A stretch of DNA of 64,000 nucleotides from Candidatus Eiseniibacteriota bacterium (GCA_963762255.1 CAVXKA010000002.1:576001-640000); one strand, 5' to 3'. Positions 30,043-40,329 are shown, counted from the stretch's first letter. Made by a program: numbers and translations. Notes: generated by a model from the sequence alone, not told the origin.

Positions 30043-30252
30043 ATGACCGACCATGTGTACAAGCAAGTCGAGATCACCGGAACCTCGTCCAAGTCCCCGC
30101 AAGACGCCGTCGAGCGCGCGATCGCCAAGGCTGCGCAAACGGTGCACAACCTGCGCTGGTTTCAGGTGACCGAGACGCGGGGTGCCATCACCGACGCCAA
30201 GGTGTCGCAGTGGCAGGTGACGGTGAAGATCGGATTCACGCTCGAAGATTGA
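30043..30252 (+). CDS. Dodecin (flavin-binding protein)
   Basis: MTDHVYKQVEITGTS..AI..A..T..NLRWFQV-E-RG..WQVTVKIGFTLE; AGGAGG RBS. Confidence 0.95.
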   Translation: MTDHVYKQVEITGTSSKSPQDAVERAIAKAAQTVHNLRWFQVTETRGAITDAKVSQWQVTVKIGFTLED

Positions 30253-30308
30253 TCGATCCTCGCCGGCGGCCACCGACCGAAACCAGCCTTTCACAGCAGA
30301 GAGGAAGG

Positions 30309-32000
30309 GTGAGCACCGTGGACCGATTCTGGACGAAGCATTACGACGAAGGGGTACCCGCGGTTCCCCAGTTCCTGGAACGCACCGTCGTGGATTTCCT
30401 CTACGACTCCGCGCAGAAGTGGCCCGAGCAGCCTGCGCTCAGCTTCATGGGCAAGGCCCTCACCTACCGCGAATTGGTGGATCAGGTCGACGCGTTTGCC
30501 GCGGGTCTGGCGGAACTCGGGGTCGTGAAGGACAGTCGGGTCGCCCTGTGGCTCCCCAATCTGCCGCAGATGGTGATCGCGTACTTTGCCACGCTCCGGC
30601 TGGGGGCTCAGGTCGTCAACAGCAACCCGCTCTACGTGGAGCGCGAGATCGAGCACCAGTTCAACGATGCTGGGGTGAGCGTCGTCGTCACCCTCGACTT
30701 CCTCTGGTGGTACAAACTGCGGGGCATCCTGGATCGAACGTGCGTCAAGCATGTCGTCGTCGGCTCGATCCCCGACTACCTGCCGTTCCCCCTGCGCACC
30801 CTTGCGCCCCTCAAGCTGAAGCGGACGAAGCAGTGGGTGCAGGTTCCCCGCGATCCTCGCGTCCGGTTCTTCAAGGAAATGATCGCGGAGCGCCGACCCG
30901 CCCCGCCCAGAGTGGACATCCCGCTCGATCATGTCGCCCTCCTGCAGTACACCGGCGGCACCACCGGATCGGCCAAGGGTGCCATGCTCACGCACCGGAA
31001 CATCTCGATCAACGCTCAGCAGTGCGCGTACTGGTTCCCTTTCGCTGAACCGGGACGGGAAGTGCTCCTGGCCTGCCTTCCCCTCTTCCACGTGTTCGGG
31101 ATGACGGTGTCCATGCTCTGGCCCATCTTCAAGGGATTCCATATCGTCATGGCGCCGAACCCGCGAGACATCAAGGACCTGGTCAAGAGCATCACGAAGC
31201 GGCGGGTCTCGCTCTTCCCCGCCGTCCCGGCTCTCTTTGCCGCCATCAACAACTACCCGCATATCGACAAGCTCGATATCACCAGCATCAAGGGTTGTTT
31301 CTCGGGATCGGCTCCGCTCCCGGTCGCGGTGATGGAACGCTTCGAGGCGCTCACCGGCGGCAAGATCACCGAGGGCTTCGGCCTCACCGAGACATCGCCC
31401 GTCACCCATGGGAACCCGGTGCACGGCCTGCGTAAGCCGGGGTCGGTGGGCGTCCCGGTGCCCGGTACGGATGCCAAGATCGTCGACATGGAGACCGGAG
31501 AGAGGGAGCTTGGCGTGAACGAGGAAGGCGAGCTTTGCATCAAGGGGCCGCAGGTCATGGCCGGCTATTGGAATCGCCCCGAGGAAACCGCGCAGACGCT
31601 GAGGGACGGATGGGTCTACACCGGCGATCTGGCGAGGATGGACGAGGACGGCTACTTCTTCATCGTCGGTCGCAAGAAGGACATGATCCTCGTCAACGGC
31701 TGCAACGTGTACCCCGACGAAGTCGACGGAGTACTGGCCGCCCATCCCGCGGTTCTCGAGGCCGCCACCGTCGGTATCCCGGACGAAAGACGCGGTGAGA
31801 TTCCCGTCTCGTTCGTGGTCCTGAAGCCGGACCGGAAGCTGACGGTCGAAGAGTTGCGGGCCTACTGCAAGACCCAGCTCGCGGCGTACAAGCTCCCGAA
31901 GCGGATCGAGTTCATTCCCGAAATGCCGAAGAGCGCCATGATGAAGATCCTGCGCCGGGAGCTGAAGGAGATGGCGCAGAAAGAAGCCCGTCCCAGCTGA
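30309..32000 (+). CDS. fadD: Long-chain-fatty-acid--CoA ligase
   Basis: LQYTGGTTGSAKG, EGFGLTETSP, TGDLARMDEDGYFFIVGRKKDMI. GTG 30309 start inferred. Confidence 0.9.
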   Translation: MSTVDRFWTKHYDEGVPAVPQFLERTVVDFLYDSAQKWPEQPALSFMGKALTYRELVDQVDAFAAGLAELGVVKDSRVALWLPNLPQMVIAYFATLRLGAQVVNSNPLYVEREIEHQFNDAGVSVVVTLDFLWWYKLRGILDRTCVKHVVVGSIPDYLPFPLRTLAPLKLKRTKQWVQVPRDPRVRFFKEMIAERRPAPPRVDIPLDHVALLQYTGGTTGSAKGAMLTHRNISINAQQCAYWFPFAEPGREVLLACLPLFHVFGMTVSMLWPIFKGFHIVMAPNPRDIKDLVKSITKRRVSLFPAVPALFAAINNYPHIDKLDITSIKGCFSGSAPLPVAVMERFEALTGGKITEGFGLTETSPVTHGNPVHGLRKPGSVGVPVPGTDAKIVDMETGERELGVNEEGELCIKGPQVMAGYWNRPEETAQTLRDGWVYTGDLARMDEDGYFFIVGRKKDMILVNGCNVYPDEVDGVLAAHPAVLEAATVGIPDERRGEIPVSFVVLKPDRKLTVEELRAYCKTQLAAYKLPKRIEFIPEMPKSAMMKILRRELKEMAQKEARPS

Positions 32001-32032
32001 CATCCGATCTCACCGATTCGCGGGGCTCCGGG

Positions 32033-33388
32033 TCAGCCGCACCCGCCCTTGGCCACGACCTTGCGCTGCAACACGACCTTCCTGACGTAGTCGCGCTCGG
32101 GGGCGTTCCGGCCGTTGAACCACGACGGGCGGCCGCCCGCCGTCATCAATACCGAAGCCTCCGGGCAGTCGGGCGCGGGGGCATGGCTGAGCTTCTCGGG
32201 TTGGGCCGATGCAATCATGTCCCCGACGCTCACGTGGAACCGCCAGGCCGGCGCGTCGTCGGCGCCCCCCCGATCGGAGGAAACCCGCTCCGCCACGCAC
32301 GGGCTCGGAGGATACGCATCGAGCCAGCCGTTGATCCCACCATCAATGACGTAGATATTGATCACGCCCTGCGTCTTGAGATGCTTCCACGCCTCCGTGG
32401 CGGCGCGCTCACCGTTGCTGATCAAGAAGGTGATCTGATTGTCGGGGAGTCCCTGCATCTCCCGCAGGAAGACTTGATCCCCGGTGCGTTGAGGATCGAC
32501 CCGGCGTGAACCGGCAAGGTGGAATCGGTTGTAGTCATCTTCCGGGCGCACGTCGATGATCCGCACCGCGAGCGAGAGATCCTTGCGCAAGTCGACGACC
32601 TCGACGGGGGCCACGTAGATGGCGCGTGCGGCCAGTTCCGGGCCGCTCTTACCTTGAATCCAGTTCCAGCGCGCCTCCGCATCGGGCTGGCCGATCACGG
32701 CGACGACCGCGGCGAGTCCGACGAGCGCCGCCGCCGCCAGTCGGCCGCGGGTGACGACGCGTCGGGGGCGGCGCGTGGAGGAAGCGCCGGTGCTGTCCGC
32801 GATTCCGCTGCGCGGGCCGAAGTGACGCTCCGAGGCCTCGGCGAGGACGAACATGCCAAGCGCCATCAACACCAGGAGCAGAACCGCCACCCCTGCCGGC
32901 ACGCCGAGCCACTCATCGACGGTGAAGCGACCCAGGTAACTCGACCGCCACCACGCGTCGAAGCGATGAACGGTCTCGCCGAACAGGAACACACCGCCCA
33001 ACCCGCCGAGCACGAAAGCGATCCCGTCGAGCTTGAGCGTCGAGGCGGCGACCAGGGACGTGCCCGGGCAGAAACCGCCCACGACGAAGCCCACCCCCAT
33101 GACGAGCCCCCCCACGATCCCCGGCCAGAGATAGGTCGGGTTCACCCAGACCTTCTGCATGTCGATCAGTTGGAGCGACGACGCCAGAAAGATGAGCACC
33201 GCGGCCACGATGATCCCGGTGAACATCACCTTGAGCACGGTCATCTCGCGCAGATAGAACTGCGCGGCCAGCTTCCGCGAATCTCCGAAGCCGGACATCT
33301 CGAGCACGGCTCCAAAGGCCATCCCGATGGATAGGAAGATGAAAAACTCGATCAGCGTCCCGAGAGCGGCGGGATGAAAGGGCGCCAT
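32033..33388 (-). CDS. YeeE/YedE sulfur-compound transporter subunit fused to a rhodanese-like domain and a GGCG tail
   Basis: Multi-TM region with FG..LE.SGF and GGFCPGT; rhodanese IIDVRPEDDY..HL-GS..IDGGINGW; C-terminus KVVAKGGCG. Confidence 0.82.
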   Translation of the reverse strand: MAPFHPAALGTLIEFFIFLSIGMAFGAVLEMSGFGDSRKLAAQFYLREMTVLKVMFTGIIVAAVLIFLASSLQLIDMQKVWVNPTYLWPGIVGGLVMGVGFVVGGFCPGTSLVAASTLKLDGIAFVLGGLGGVFLFGETVHRFDAWWRSSYLGRFTVDEWLGVPAGVAVLLLVLMALGMFVLAEASERHFGPRSGIADSTGASSTRRPRRVVTRGRLAAAALVGLAAVVAVIGQPDAEARWNWIQGKSGPELAARAIYVAPVEVVDLRKDLSLAVRIIDVRPEDDYNRFHLAGSRRVDPQRTGDQVFLREMQGLPDNQITFLISNGERAATEAWKHLKTQGVINIYVIDGGINGWLDAYPPSPCVAERVSSDRGGADDAPAWRFHVSVGDMIASAQPEKLSHAPAPDCPEASVLMTAGGRPSWFNGRNAPERDYVRKVVLQRKVVAKGGCG

Positions 33389-33397
33389 GATTCCTCC

Positions 33398-33925
33398 TCA
33401 GTTCCAGAGTCGGCGCAAGGAGCGTGCGAGTGCGTAGGCCGACGCGAAGATCGCGAACATGAATGCGAAGCTCCCCACCGAAAGGACAGCGCCCCCGCTC
33501 AACGCCTGCCCCGACGTGCACCCGCGGGCCATGCGCGCACCGTAGGCCATGATCAGCCCGCCCAGGAACGCGAAGAGCCAGCGCGCGGGGACGGAGACGC
33601 GGGGGCCTCGGCGGGTTTCCGGCCGGAAACGGCGGCTGACGATGCCGGAGATCGCCCCGCCAAGGACGATGCCGAGGAGCATGTACACGCCGGGATGTCG
33701 GAGCGGGGACCGCTCCCCACCCCCGATCTCCGCCATGTAAGCCACGCGATCCACGTGCGCCGGGGCGAACGCGTCCAGGATGGCGACCTGGACATGGGTG
33801 ATCGCCCCCGAAGCGCCGAGACCGTTGCCGGTCACGTAGAAGGAGAGAAAGAGAACGACACCCAGGAGCGCTCCTCCGAGGTAGGGGTTGATGTAGCCGC
33901 GAGGCGGCTTACGTGCACTAGGCAC
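33398..33925 (-). CDS. YeeE/YedE sulfur-compound transporter subunit
   Basis: NPYLGG, GLGASG and YGARMARGCTSGQALSG conserved motifs; four TM helices. Confidence 0.88.
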   Translation of the reverse strand: MPSARKPPRGYINPYLGGALLGVVLFLSFYVTGNGLGASGAITHVQVAILDAFAPAHVDRVAYMAEIGGGERSPLRHPGVYMLLGIVLGGAISGIVSRRFRPETRRGPRVSVPARWLFAFLGGLIMAYGARMARGCTSGQALSGGAVLSVGSFAFMFAIFASAYALARSLRRLWN

Positions 33926-36182
33926 CGGCGTCTCCCTTCCGGGTGATGTATTCGGATTCGATCTCGTCGTAGCCGTCCACCATCGCCCGCAGATTGGAGG
34001 TCACGGTATGACCGGTTGTAGTCAAGTAGACATGCAGGACTATGAATGCCAGAAACAGCCAGGCACCGAAATTGTGCAGCGGGGCCAGCACACCGAGGCC
34101 TCCCATCCGGTCGGCCAGGTCCGGCCATCGGGACATGCCCCAGATGAGAGTGCCGGTCAGCACCTGCATCGGGAAGAGCACGTTCAGGAGGGTGAGATAA
34201 GTCACCTGCTGGAGCGGATTGAGTCGCTGCTCCACCGTCTTGGGGGATGGGTGCGGACGGCCGAGAAAGATCCCCGACGTGTAGAAGCGCGCCTGATCGA
34301 GAATGCGCGTCAGCATCGCCTCACGCTGAGGAAGGAACCGATGGATGGCTCGGCTGGTCACATGATAGAAGAGCGAGAGGAATCCGTTGGTGACAAGGAT
34401 GAAGGCGAACACATTGTGAAGCGCGATCGCGCGGGGAAGGGACAGCATCGCGTGGTCGCCCGTGAAGTGCACCTGCAACCCGGTGAACATCAACACGAGC
34501 ACGCTTCCCGCCATCAGCCAGTGCCAGATGCGCTCGTAGGTCGTGTAGAGGTAGACCCGCTCGAGCGGCGTATCGCTCGGCCGGCGCGAGCGGCGCATCA
34601 GGAACCGAACCGTCGCGTGAATGGCGACGACGAGTACGACCGCAACGAAGAGCAGAAACCCCAAGCGATCCATCCATCCGCCGCGGGCGTGGCCGAACAC
34701 GTGGAGACCCGGCGGGTCGGGGGACGCGGCGAGCGGTCCCGCCGATAGCCCGGTAGGTATGTAGGGCGCCAGCGGGAGCCCGGCGGCCAGTCGTCCCCCC
34801 GGAGCGTGGCAAGCGTTGCAGTCGTGCATGACCTGCGCCCCCGACTGAACGCCGTGCCGGATCGGGTAGTAGCTCACCGTCGAGACCATGCGGGGATCGG
34901 CCACTCCAAGGCCGACCAGCCGCGCCCGAACCGCATCCACTTTAGCGGCCGTGTCCAATCGAAGCTCGGGGCCTTCCAGATCTCCGTCGCTGTTCAGGTC
35001 GAGGGCCGAAAGGATGGACGCTTCGAAGTGACCGTCCACGAGATACGCTCGCGTCACCCTTTCCCACGGCACCGGGACACCTGCGGGTCCGCTTGTCCAG
35101 GCGAACGAGGACACCGCGTTGAACGGGGCCAGCTTCCAGCGCCCGGAGCCGTCGGGTGCCCGCCTCAATAGAGGAGCGTATCCGGAGTCGTAGGCGGTAT
35201 TGAGCGACTCCCCCGCCTTCATGTCGAATCCGCGCAGTACCATCGCCGGCGACCCGCTCGGGGTCACCACGGTGCTGTCGACGAGCTGCATGGCCGGCCC
35301 GAATAGCTCGGGGACATGGCAGGAACGACAGGCCAGAACTTCCAGGTGTCTCTGCTTGTAGGGGAGGAAGTTGTGGACCTCGAGCGGATCGTGACAGGAC
35401 TGGCAATCGGCCGCGACCAGCTCATGATCGGGGCGCTTGAGATACTCGGACAGATCCATGTGTCGCGGATCGTCCACAAGGAACCCGGGGCGCGAACGCT
35501 TCACCCCCGCATTCATCGGGTTGTTCCCTGCGTAGTGGCAATCGACGCACGTCACCAGTCGGCGCGCATGCGCGTCCCAGGGGTACGCCCTCCCTTCCTT
35601 GCCGCGCAGGTTCAGGTGCGAGTCGGAGATGTTCTGGCCCGAGATGATCTCTCCCGTCCGCAGGGTGAGCAGATAGGTGTGGTCTCCACCGGGACGGAGG
35701 CCGAAATCCGCCGGGATCTCCAGGGGATCGCGGCCGGGGTGGACGATACCGTGACAGGTGGCGCACTGCGCGTCGCGGGGACTGCTCAAGCGCAGAGCTT
35801 CCCGGCGGAGCTTTCCATCCGCGTCATAGGCCTCGGGGGCCACCGGAAACCGTCCTCCATCGAAGTGGCACGACGCGCATTCCACGCGTACGGACCCGGT
35901 CCAGTGATCGTTGTGCGCGAGGATCGACCCGACGTCGTGGCACCCGCCGCAGGTGCGTTCCGAGGAGACCGAATGCCCGGAAATCGCAATCGGTGTCCCG
36001 GCGGAATCGAGCGGGGCAAAGATCGGATGCATGGGATTCGGAGCCGCGAGCTGCGCCGCCCTTGTCGGCACCTCCCGCTCGTTCCCCTGCGCGTGCGCGT
36101 TCGCGGAATGCAATACGGCCGTCCCGACGGCGGCGACGAGCATCCCGGCCGCCCACGTCGTTATGCTGCGATGGATGCTCAT
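33918..36182 (-). CDS. Heptaheme cytochrome c fused to a membrane cytochrome b (FdnI/HyaC-type)
   Basis: Signal peptide; seven CxxCH motifs (CGGCH, CASCH, CATCH, CVDCH, CQSCH, CRSCH, CNACH); cytochrome b motifs ERIWHW, LHN, NPLQQ-TY, LHN..HVY. Confidence 0.85.
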   Translation of the reverse strand: MSIHRSITTWAAGMLVAAVGTAVLHSANAHAQGNEREVPTRAAQLAAPNPMHPIFAPLDSAGTPIAISGHSVSSERTCGGCHDVGSILAHNDHWTGSVRVECASCHFDGGRFPVAPEAYDADGKLRREALRLSSPRDAQCATCHGIVHPGRDPLEIPADFGLRPGGDHTYLLTLRTGEIISGQNISDSHLNLRGKEGRAYPWDAHARRLVTCVDCHYAGNNPMNAGVKRSRPGFLVDDPRHMDLSEYLKRPDHELVAADCQSCHDPLEVHNFLPYKQRHLEVLACRSCHVPELFGPAMQLVDSTVVTPSGSPAMVLRGFDMKAGESLNTAYDSGYAPLLRRAPDGSGRWKLAPFNAVSSFAWTSGPAGVPVPWERVTRAYLVDGHFEASILSALDLNSDGDLEGPELRLDTAAKVDAVRARLVGLGVADPRMVSTVSYYPIRHGVQSGAQVMHDCNACHAPGGRLAAGLPLAPYIPTGLSAGPLAASPDPPGLHVFGHARGGWMDRLGFLLFVAVVLVVAIHATVRFLMRRSRRPSDTPLERVYLYTTYERIWHWLMAGSVLVLMFTGLQVHFTGDHAMLSLPRAIALHNVFAFILVTNGFLSLFYHVTSRAIHRFLPQREAMLTRILDQARFYTSGIFLGRPHPSPKTVEQRLNPLQQVTYLTLLNVLFPMQVLTGTLIWGMSRWPDLADRMGGLGVLAPLHNFGAWLFLAFIVLHVYLTTTGHTVTSNLRAMVDGYDEIESEYITRKGDAGA

Positions 36183-37627
36183 GGCCGGCCTCCCGTGCGG
36201 ATCGGATCGTCCGCGTAGCCGAGGGCGGCCCAGTCCATGCGTCCGCCCTCGCCATGACAGTCGTCACAGGCGAGTGCCCGTTCCTTGGGCGTGACCGTGT
36301 GCGAGAGCGGCCAATAGGTGGCGGTTCGGGCGAAACCGTAGTCGCCGCTGTAGGGAATCCCCGCCGCCCGAGCGCCAAGGCGCAGCGAGGCGTCCCAATC
36401 GAAGGTCTTCCAGTATCCCCCCGCGCCGCCGGTGATCGGCGTGAGGAGAATGGCGTTGGTGCGATCGTAGGGTTGAAGCGCCCGGTGGATCTTGAAAGGC
36501 CAGATGCGGGCCTCCGCTTCTCCGATTCCGCCGTGCGGCCGATTCAAGTCCGTAACCCGGGTGGTATCGATGCGGTCCCCGAGCAGGTAGCGATCGACGC
36601 TGCGGTCGAACCACATGTACTCGGGGGTGATGTCTTGGTCGTAGAGGAACTCCCCCTTGATCTTGAGGTAGTGGTGCGGATCCTCGACCCGGGTCGAGTC
36701 CCCCGCCCGACTCCAGTCCCATGAGGTCTTGGTCGGGAGCTTGCGCGCATAGGTGGGAATGTGACAGGTCTGGCAGGCCACCGAGCGGAGATGCGCGTTG
36801 AGGCGTTCATCAGCGTGCGGCGGGCCGGCGTGGCAGTCCGTACAGGCCACCCCGTTCGCTCCCTCAACGCTGACCGAGAACGAACGCCCTGGAACGCGGT
36901 GCTCGGTTGTGCGGTGGCAATCCACGCAGAGCATCTCCAATCTCCCCATGTGGACGTCATCCCCTTCGGAGGGGTTGTCCAGGCTGCTATCCAGGTCTCC
37001 GTGCTTCACGCCCTGCCCACCACCCCCATAGTTGTGGCAGACACCACAGTTCTCGCGGGAGGGGGTCCCGACCGACTTGGCGGCAGCGAGAAGATCACTC
37101 TCGCTCTTGGGAAGTCCCGCCTCTCCCTTCACATAGGTCCCGCTGTGCTCATGGCAGACGAGGCAGTCCACATTCTCGGACCGGGTGAAATCGAAAGTGC
37201 TGTCGCGCCAGCCATAGCCGGCGTGGCACTTCATGCAGGAGACTTCATTGCCGATCGAGCTGATGCAGAAATTGTTGATCAGGTTCTTCTTGCCGATGCG
37301 CTGCTTGCCCTCGTGCCCGGGCACCACGACCTCGTCTCCGAGCCACTCCCAGTGCGCGGTCTGCATGACCTCCTTGGCCGCCTGCGGGTGGCATTCCAGA
37401 CAGGCCCGAGTCACGTCCTGGGGGGTCTCGAACGGCTTGGAGAAGTACGCACTGTGATCCAGGTGGCTGCGATCGGCGGGACGGTACAAGTTCTCCGCGG
37501 CCGGACGCGCTTCGTGCGGCGGCATACTCAGGTGCGCGCCACTCCAGATCGCTGCCCCGAACGCGACACCGAGCGCCAACGTGACCGGTAGCCAGCGACG
37601 GCGGGAAGGGAGACGCCGGGGGCTCAT
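36179..37627 (-). CDS. otr: Octaheme tetrathionate reductase-family cytochrome c
   Basis: Eight CxxCH motifs plus family motifs GKKNLINNFC, CHAGYGW, GGGG-GVKHGDLD, WDWS-AG and D-ALGY-DP. Confidence 0.88.
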   Translation of the reverse strand: MSPRRLPSRRRWLPVTLALGVAFGAAIWSGAHLSMPPHEARPAAENLYRPADRSHLDHSAYFSKPFETPQDVTRACLECHPQAAKEVMQTAHWEWLGDEVVVPGHEGKQRIGKKNLINNFCISSIGNEVSCMKCHAGYGWRDSTFDFTRSENVDCLVCHEHSGTYVKGEAGLPKSESDLLAAAKSVGTPSRENCGVCHNYGGGGQGVKHGDLDSSLDNPSEGDDVHMGRLEMLCVDCHRTTEHRVPGRSFSVSVEGANGVACTDCHAGPPHADERLNAHLRSVACQTCHIPTYARKLPTKTSWDWSRAGDSTRVEDPHHYLKIKGEFLYDQDITPEYMWFDRSVDRYLLGDRIDTTRVTDLNRPHGGIGEAEARIWPFKIHRALQPYDRTNAILLTPITGGAGGYWKTFDWDASLRLGARAAGIPYSGDYGFARTATYWPLSHTVTPKERALACDDCHGEGGRMDWAALGYADDPIRTGGRP

Positions 37628-38061
37628 GCTGCCACCCTTCCGCCGCAGCGCTTCGCGATCTCGGCCAAGGTCGTGCTCTTGAGGTAGTCGAGGAATTCGC
37701 CTTCCAACTCACGTACCGCGTGGCCGAAGGCGCACTCGTGCCCGGCATGGGAGCCGCAGTCATGGTTGCGGAAGAGGCATGGACGGAGCCGGATTGTCCC
37801 CTCGATCGCCTCGAAGACATCGATCAGCCGTATCCGGGAGGCGCTCTTGGCCAGACGAAACCCACCTCCCACTCCCCGGCGCGCAGTGAGCAGGCCGCAG
37901 CGCGATAGCCGCTGGCAAACCTTGGTCATGTGAGCCTCGGACGCGCCGCAGGCCTCGGCGAGCGCGCGAGCGCTCATCACTTCACCCCGCCGCACCGCCA
38001 GGTGCCCGGCCGCGTGGAGGCCGAGGGCCGCCGCTTCCGAGATGTTCAACAACGTGGCCAT
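37624..38061 (-). CDS. Rrf2-family transcriptional regulator
   Basis: wHTH with RG..GGF-LA; C-terminal C-x6-C-x7-C, putative Fe-S ligands. Confidence 0.9.
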   Translation of the reverse strand: MATLLNISEAAALGLHAAGHLAVRRGEVMSARALAEACGASEAHMTKVCQRLSRCGLLTARRGVGGGFRLAKSASRIRLIDVFEAIEGTIRLRPCLFRNHDCGSHAGHECAFGHAVRELEGEFLDYLKSTTLAEIAKRCGGRVAA

Positions 38062-38094
38062 GGAATCTCCTGGTGAGGGGTCAACTCAACGGCA

Positions 38095-38116
38095 AACAAG
38101 TATGCCTTTACCTGTT
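38095..38116. promoter_or_regulatory. Candidate Rrf2 operator (imperfect inverted repeat)
   Basis: AACAAGTA-N6-TACCTGTT (7 of 8 positions symmetric), 34 bp upstream of the Rrf2 start. Confidence 0.45.
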
Positions 38117-38250
38117 ATGCGCGCCCAATCTGTTCTTTCGAATATGCAATTCTCTTCGGGACTGACCAAGCTCTTCCTCCTCACGCTCCCACCGCTAGGG
38201 TAGAATGCCGCCGCAACCCCCTCACCTCCACGCAAGGAGCACCGGCCGCC

Positions 38251-40257
38251 ATGATCGAAGGCCACGAGACGAAGTCGCTGCCTGAGAACGCCTACGAGCC
38301 GCTCAAGCCGGGCGAGACCTACAAGCCCATCGTCCCCGCCGACGTCCATATGCACGAGCTGACTTGGCGATCGATCCTGTGGGGGCTCGCGCTCTGCGTG
38401 ATCTTCACCGTGGCCTCCGCCTATTCCGGGCTCAAGGTGGGGCAGGTGATGGAGGCGGCGATCCCGATCTCCATCCTGGCGATCGGAATCGCCCGCGCGT
38501 TCCCGAGGCGCTCGACCCTTCTCGAGAACGTCATCATCACCGGGATCGGGGGCGTCTCCGGTTCCGTGGTGGCGGGGGCGATCTTCACGCTTCCCGCACT
38601 CTATGTCCTGCAGCTCAACCCTCACCCGCTCCAGGCGATCTTCATCTGTCTCGCCGGGGCCTGTCTGGGGATCCTGTTCCTCATCCCGCTTCGCCGCTTC
38701 TTCGTGCGCGAGATGCACGGCCAGCTTCCGTATCCGGAAGCGACGGCGATCACCGAAGTGCTGGTGACGGGAGAGAAGGGCGGTTCCCAGGCCAAGCTGC
38801 TTCTGCAGTCCACCGCCATCGCCGGCGTTTACGACTTCTTCGTGACCACGTTCCACGTCTGGAAGGAATACGTGGATTTCCAGTACATCCCGGTGGTACG
38901 GACGGTCGCGGAACGCGCCAAGGTCGTATTCAGCTTCGACGCCATCGGATTCATCCTCGGCCTCGGCTACGTGATGGGTCTGCGGTCCTCCATGATCCTC
39001 TGCGCGGGAGGCGTGCTGGCCAACTTCGTGCTGGTTCCCCTGGTGTGGCTGATCGGCCGGGATCTGACCAGCCCGGTGTACCCGGCCCTCATCCCCATCG
39101 CCGAGATGAGCGCCACCCAGATCTTCCGGGGCTACGTGCGGTTCATGGGGGTGGGGGCGATCGCAACCGCGGGGATCATCGGCATTCTCAAGTCGCTACC
39201 CATCGTGGTGGGCTCGTTCTCGGTGGCGGCAAAGACATTTCAGGCCGGCGGGCACGACTCGGTGGAGCGCACCGACCGGGACATCCCGATGATGAGCATC
39301 CTGCTCGGCATCGTGGTAAGCGCCATCGGCGCGGCCGTGTTCTTCGCGACACTCGGCACCTCGGTGCCGGTGGTCATCGCGGGCCTCGCGCTCATGCTCT
39401 TGTTCTCGTTCTTCTTCACCTCGGTGGCGGCCAATGCCATCGCTACCACTGCCCGCAACCCGGTCTCGGGCATGACCATGCTCACCATCATCATCTCGTC
39501 GGTCGTCCTGCTGAAATTCGGTCTCTCCGGGACCACGGGGATGTTCTTCGTGATGGCCATTGCCGGTATGGTGTGCACCGCACTGTCCGTGTCGGGCCAG
39601 ACCATCACCGACCTCAAGGCCGGCTACTGGATCGGCTCGACCCCCGCCGCCCAGGAGAAGGTCAAGTTCCTCGGCAGCGTGGCGGCCTCGATCGCGGTGG
39701 GGCTCACTATCGTGCTGCTGGCGAAGGCGTTTCAGTTCGGCGAGGCGGCGCCCGGAGACACACGTCAAGTGCTGGCCGCCCCGCAGGCCTCGATCATGAA
39801 GGAACTGGTCGAAGGGTTCATGAGCGGCCGCCCGGTGGCGTACATCCTCTTCGGCGCCGGAGCCATGATGACGCTGGTGCTGGAGATGCTCGGCGTGCCG
39901 TCACTCATCTTTGCGCTGGGCATGTACCTCCCCCTGGAGCTGAACTCCCCGGCGTTGGTGGGCGGGTTCCTGCATCACTTCGTCACGCGTCGCTCGCGCA
40001 AGGCGGAGGCCAAGGCCGGCTCGTTCATGCGGGAGCGCGGGGTGATCATCGCCTCCGGCCTCATGGCCGGAGGGGCGCTTGGCGGCGTACTCGGGGCCGC
40101 GTTCCGGCTGTTCCCCAGCTACACCGAGGACCGGATCCGGACGCCCTTCTACGACTTCGATCCCATCTCGCAGACGATTTCGGCACTCGCCTTCATCGGG
40201 CTGTGCGTCTATCTGTGGCTCGGCGCGACCCGCCGGGTGAAGGAGAGCGGCGCGTAG
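38251..40257 (+). CDS. OPT-family oligopeptide transporter
   Basis: ELTWRS, YSGLKVG, L-YPEATA, NPVSGMT, DLKAGY, APQAS-M; many TM helices. Confidence 0.92.
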   Translation: MIEGHETKSLPENAYEPLKPGETYKPIVPADVHMHELTWRSILWGLALCVIFTVASAYSGLKVGQVMEAAIPISILAIGIARAFPRRSTLLENVIITGIGGVSGSVVAGAIFTLPALYVLQLNPHPLQAIFICLAGACLGILFLIPLRRFFVREMHGQLPYPEATAITEVLVTGEKGGSQAKLLLQSTAIAGVYDFFVTTFHVWKEYVDFQYIPVVRTVAERAKVVFSFDAIGFILGLGYVMGLRSSMILCAGGVLANFVLVPLVWLIGRDLTSPVYPALIPIAEMSATQIFRGYVRFMGVGAIATAGIIGILKSLPIVVGSFSVAAKTFQAGGHDSVERTDRDIPMMSILLGIVVSAIGAAVFFATLGTSVPVVIAGLALMLLFSFFFTSVAANAIATTARNPVSGMTMLTIIISSVVLLKFGLSGTTGMFFVMAIAGMVCTALSVSGQTITDLKAGYWIGSTPAAQEKVKFLGSVAASIAVGLTIVLLAKAFQFGEAAPGDTRQVLAAPQASIMKELVEGFMSGRPVAYILFGAGAMMTLVLEMLGVPSLIFALGMYLPLELNSPALVGGFLHHFVTRRSRKAEAKAGSFMRERGVIIASGLMAGGALGGVLGAAFRLFPSYTEDRIRTPFYDFDPISQTISALAFIGLCVYLWLGATRRVKESGA

Positions 40258-40298
40258 CGGAGAACCGGCGACGCGAGTCACCGGGGGCATTGCTGAGG

Positions 40299-40329
40299 AG
40301 CGGGGCGCGGCGAATGGCCGCGCCCCGCT
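40299..40329. terminator. Hairpin between convergent genes
   Basis: AGCGGGGCGCGG-CGAATGG-CCGCGCCCCGCT, a perfect 12-bp stem. Confidence 0.65.
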
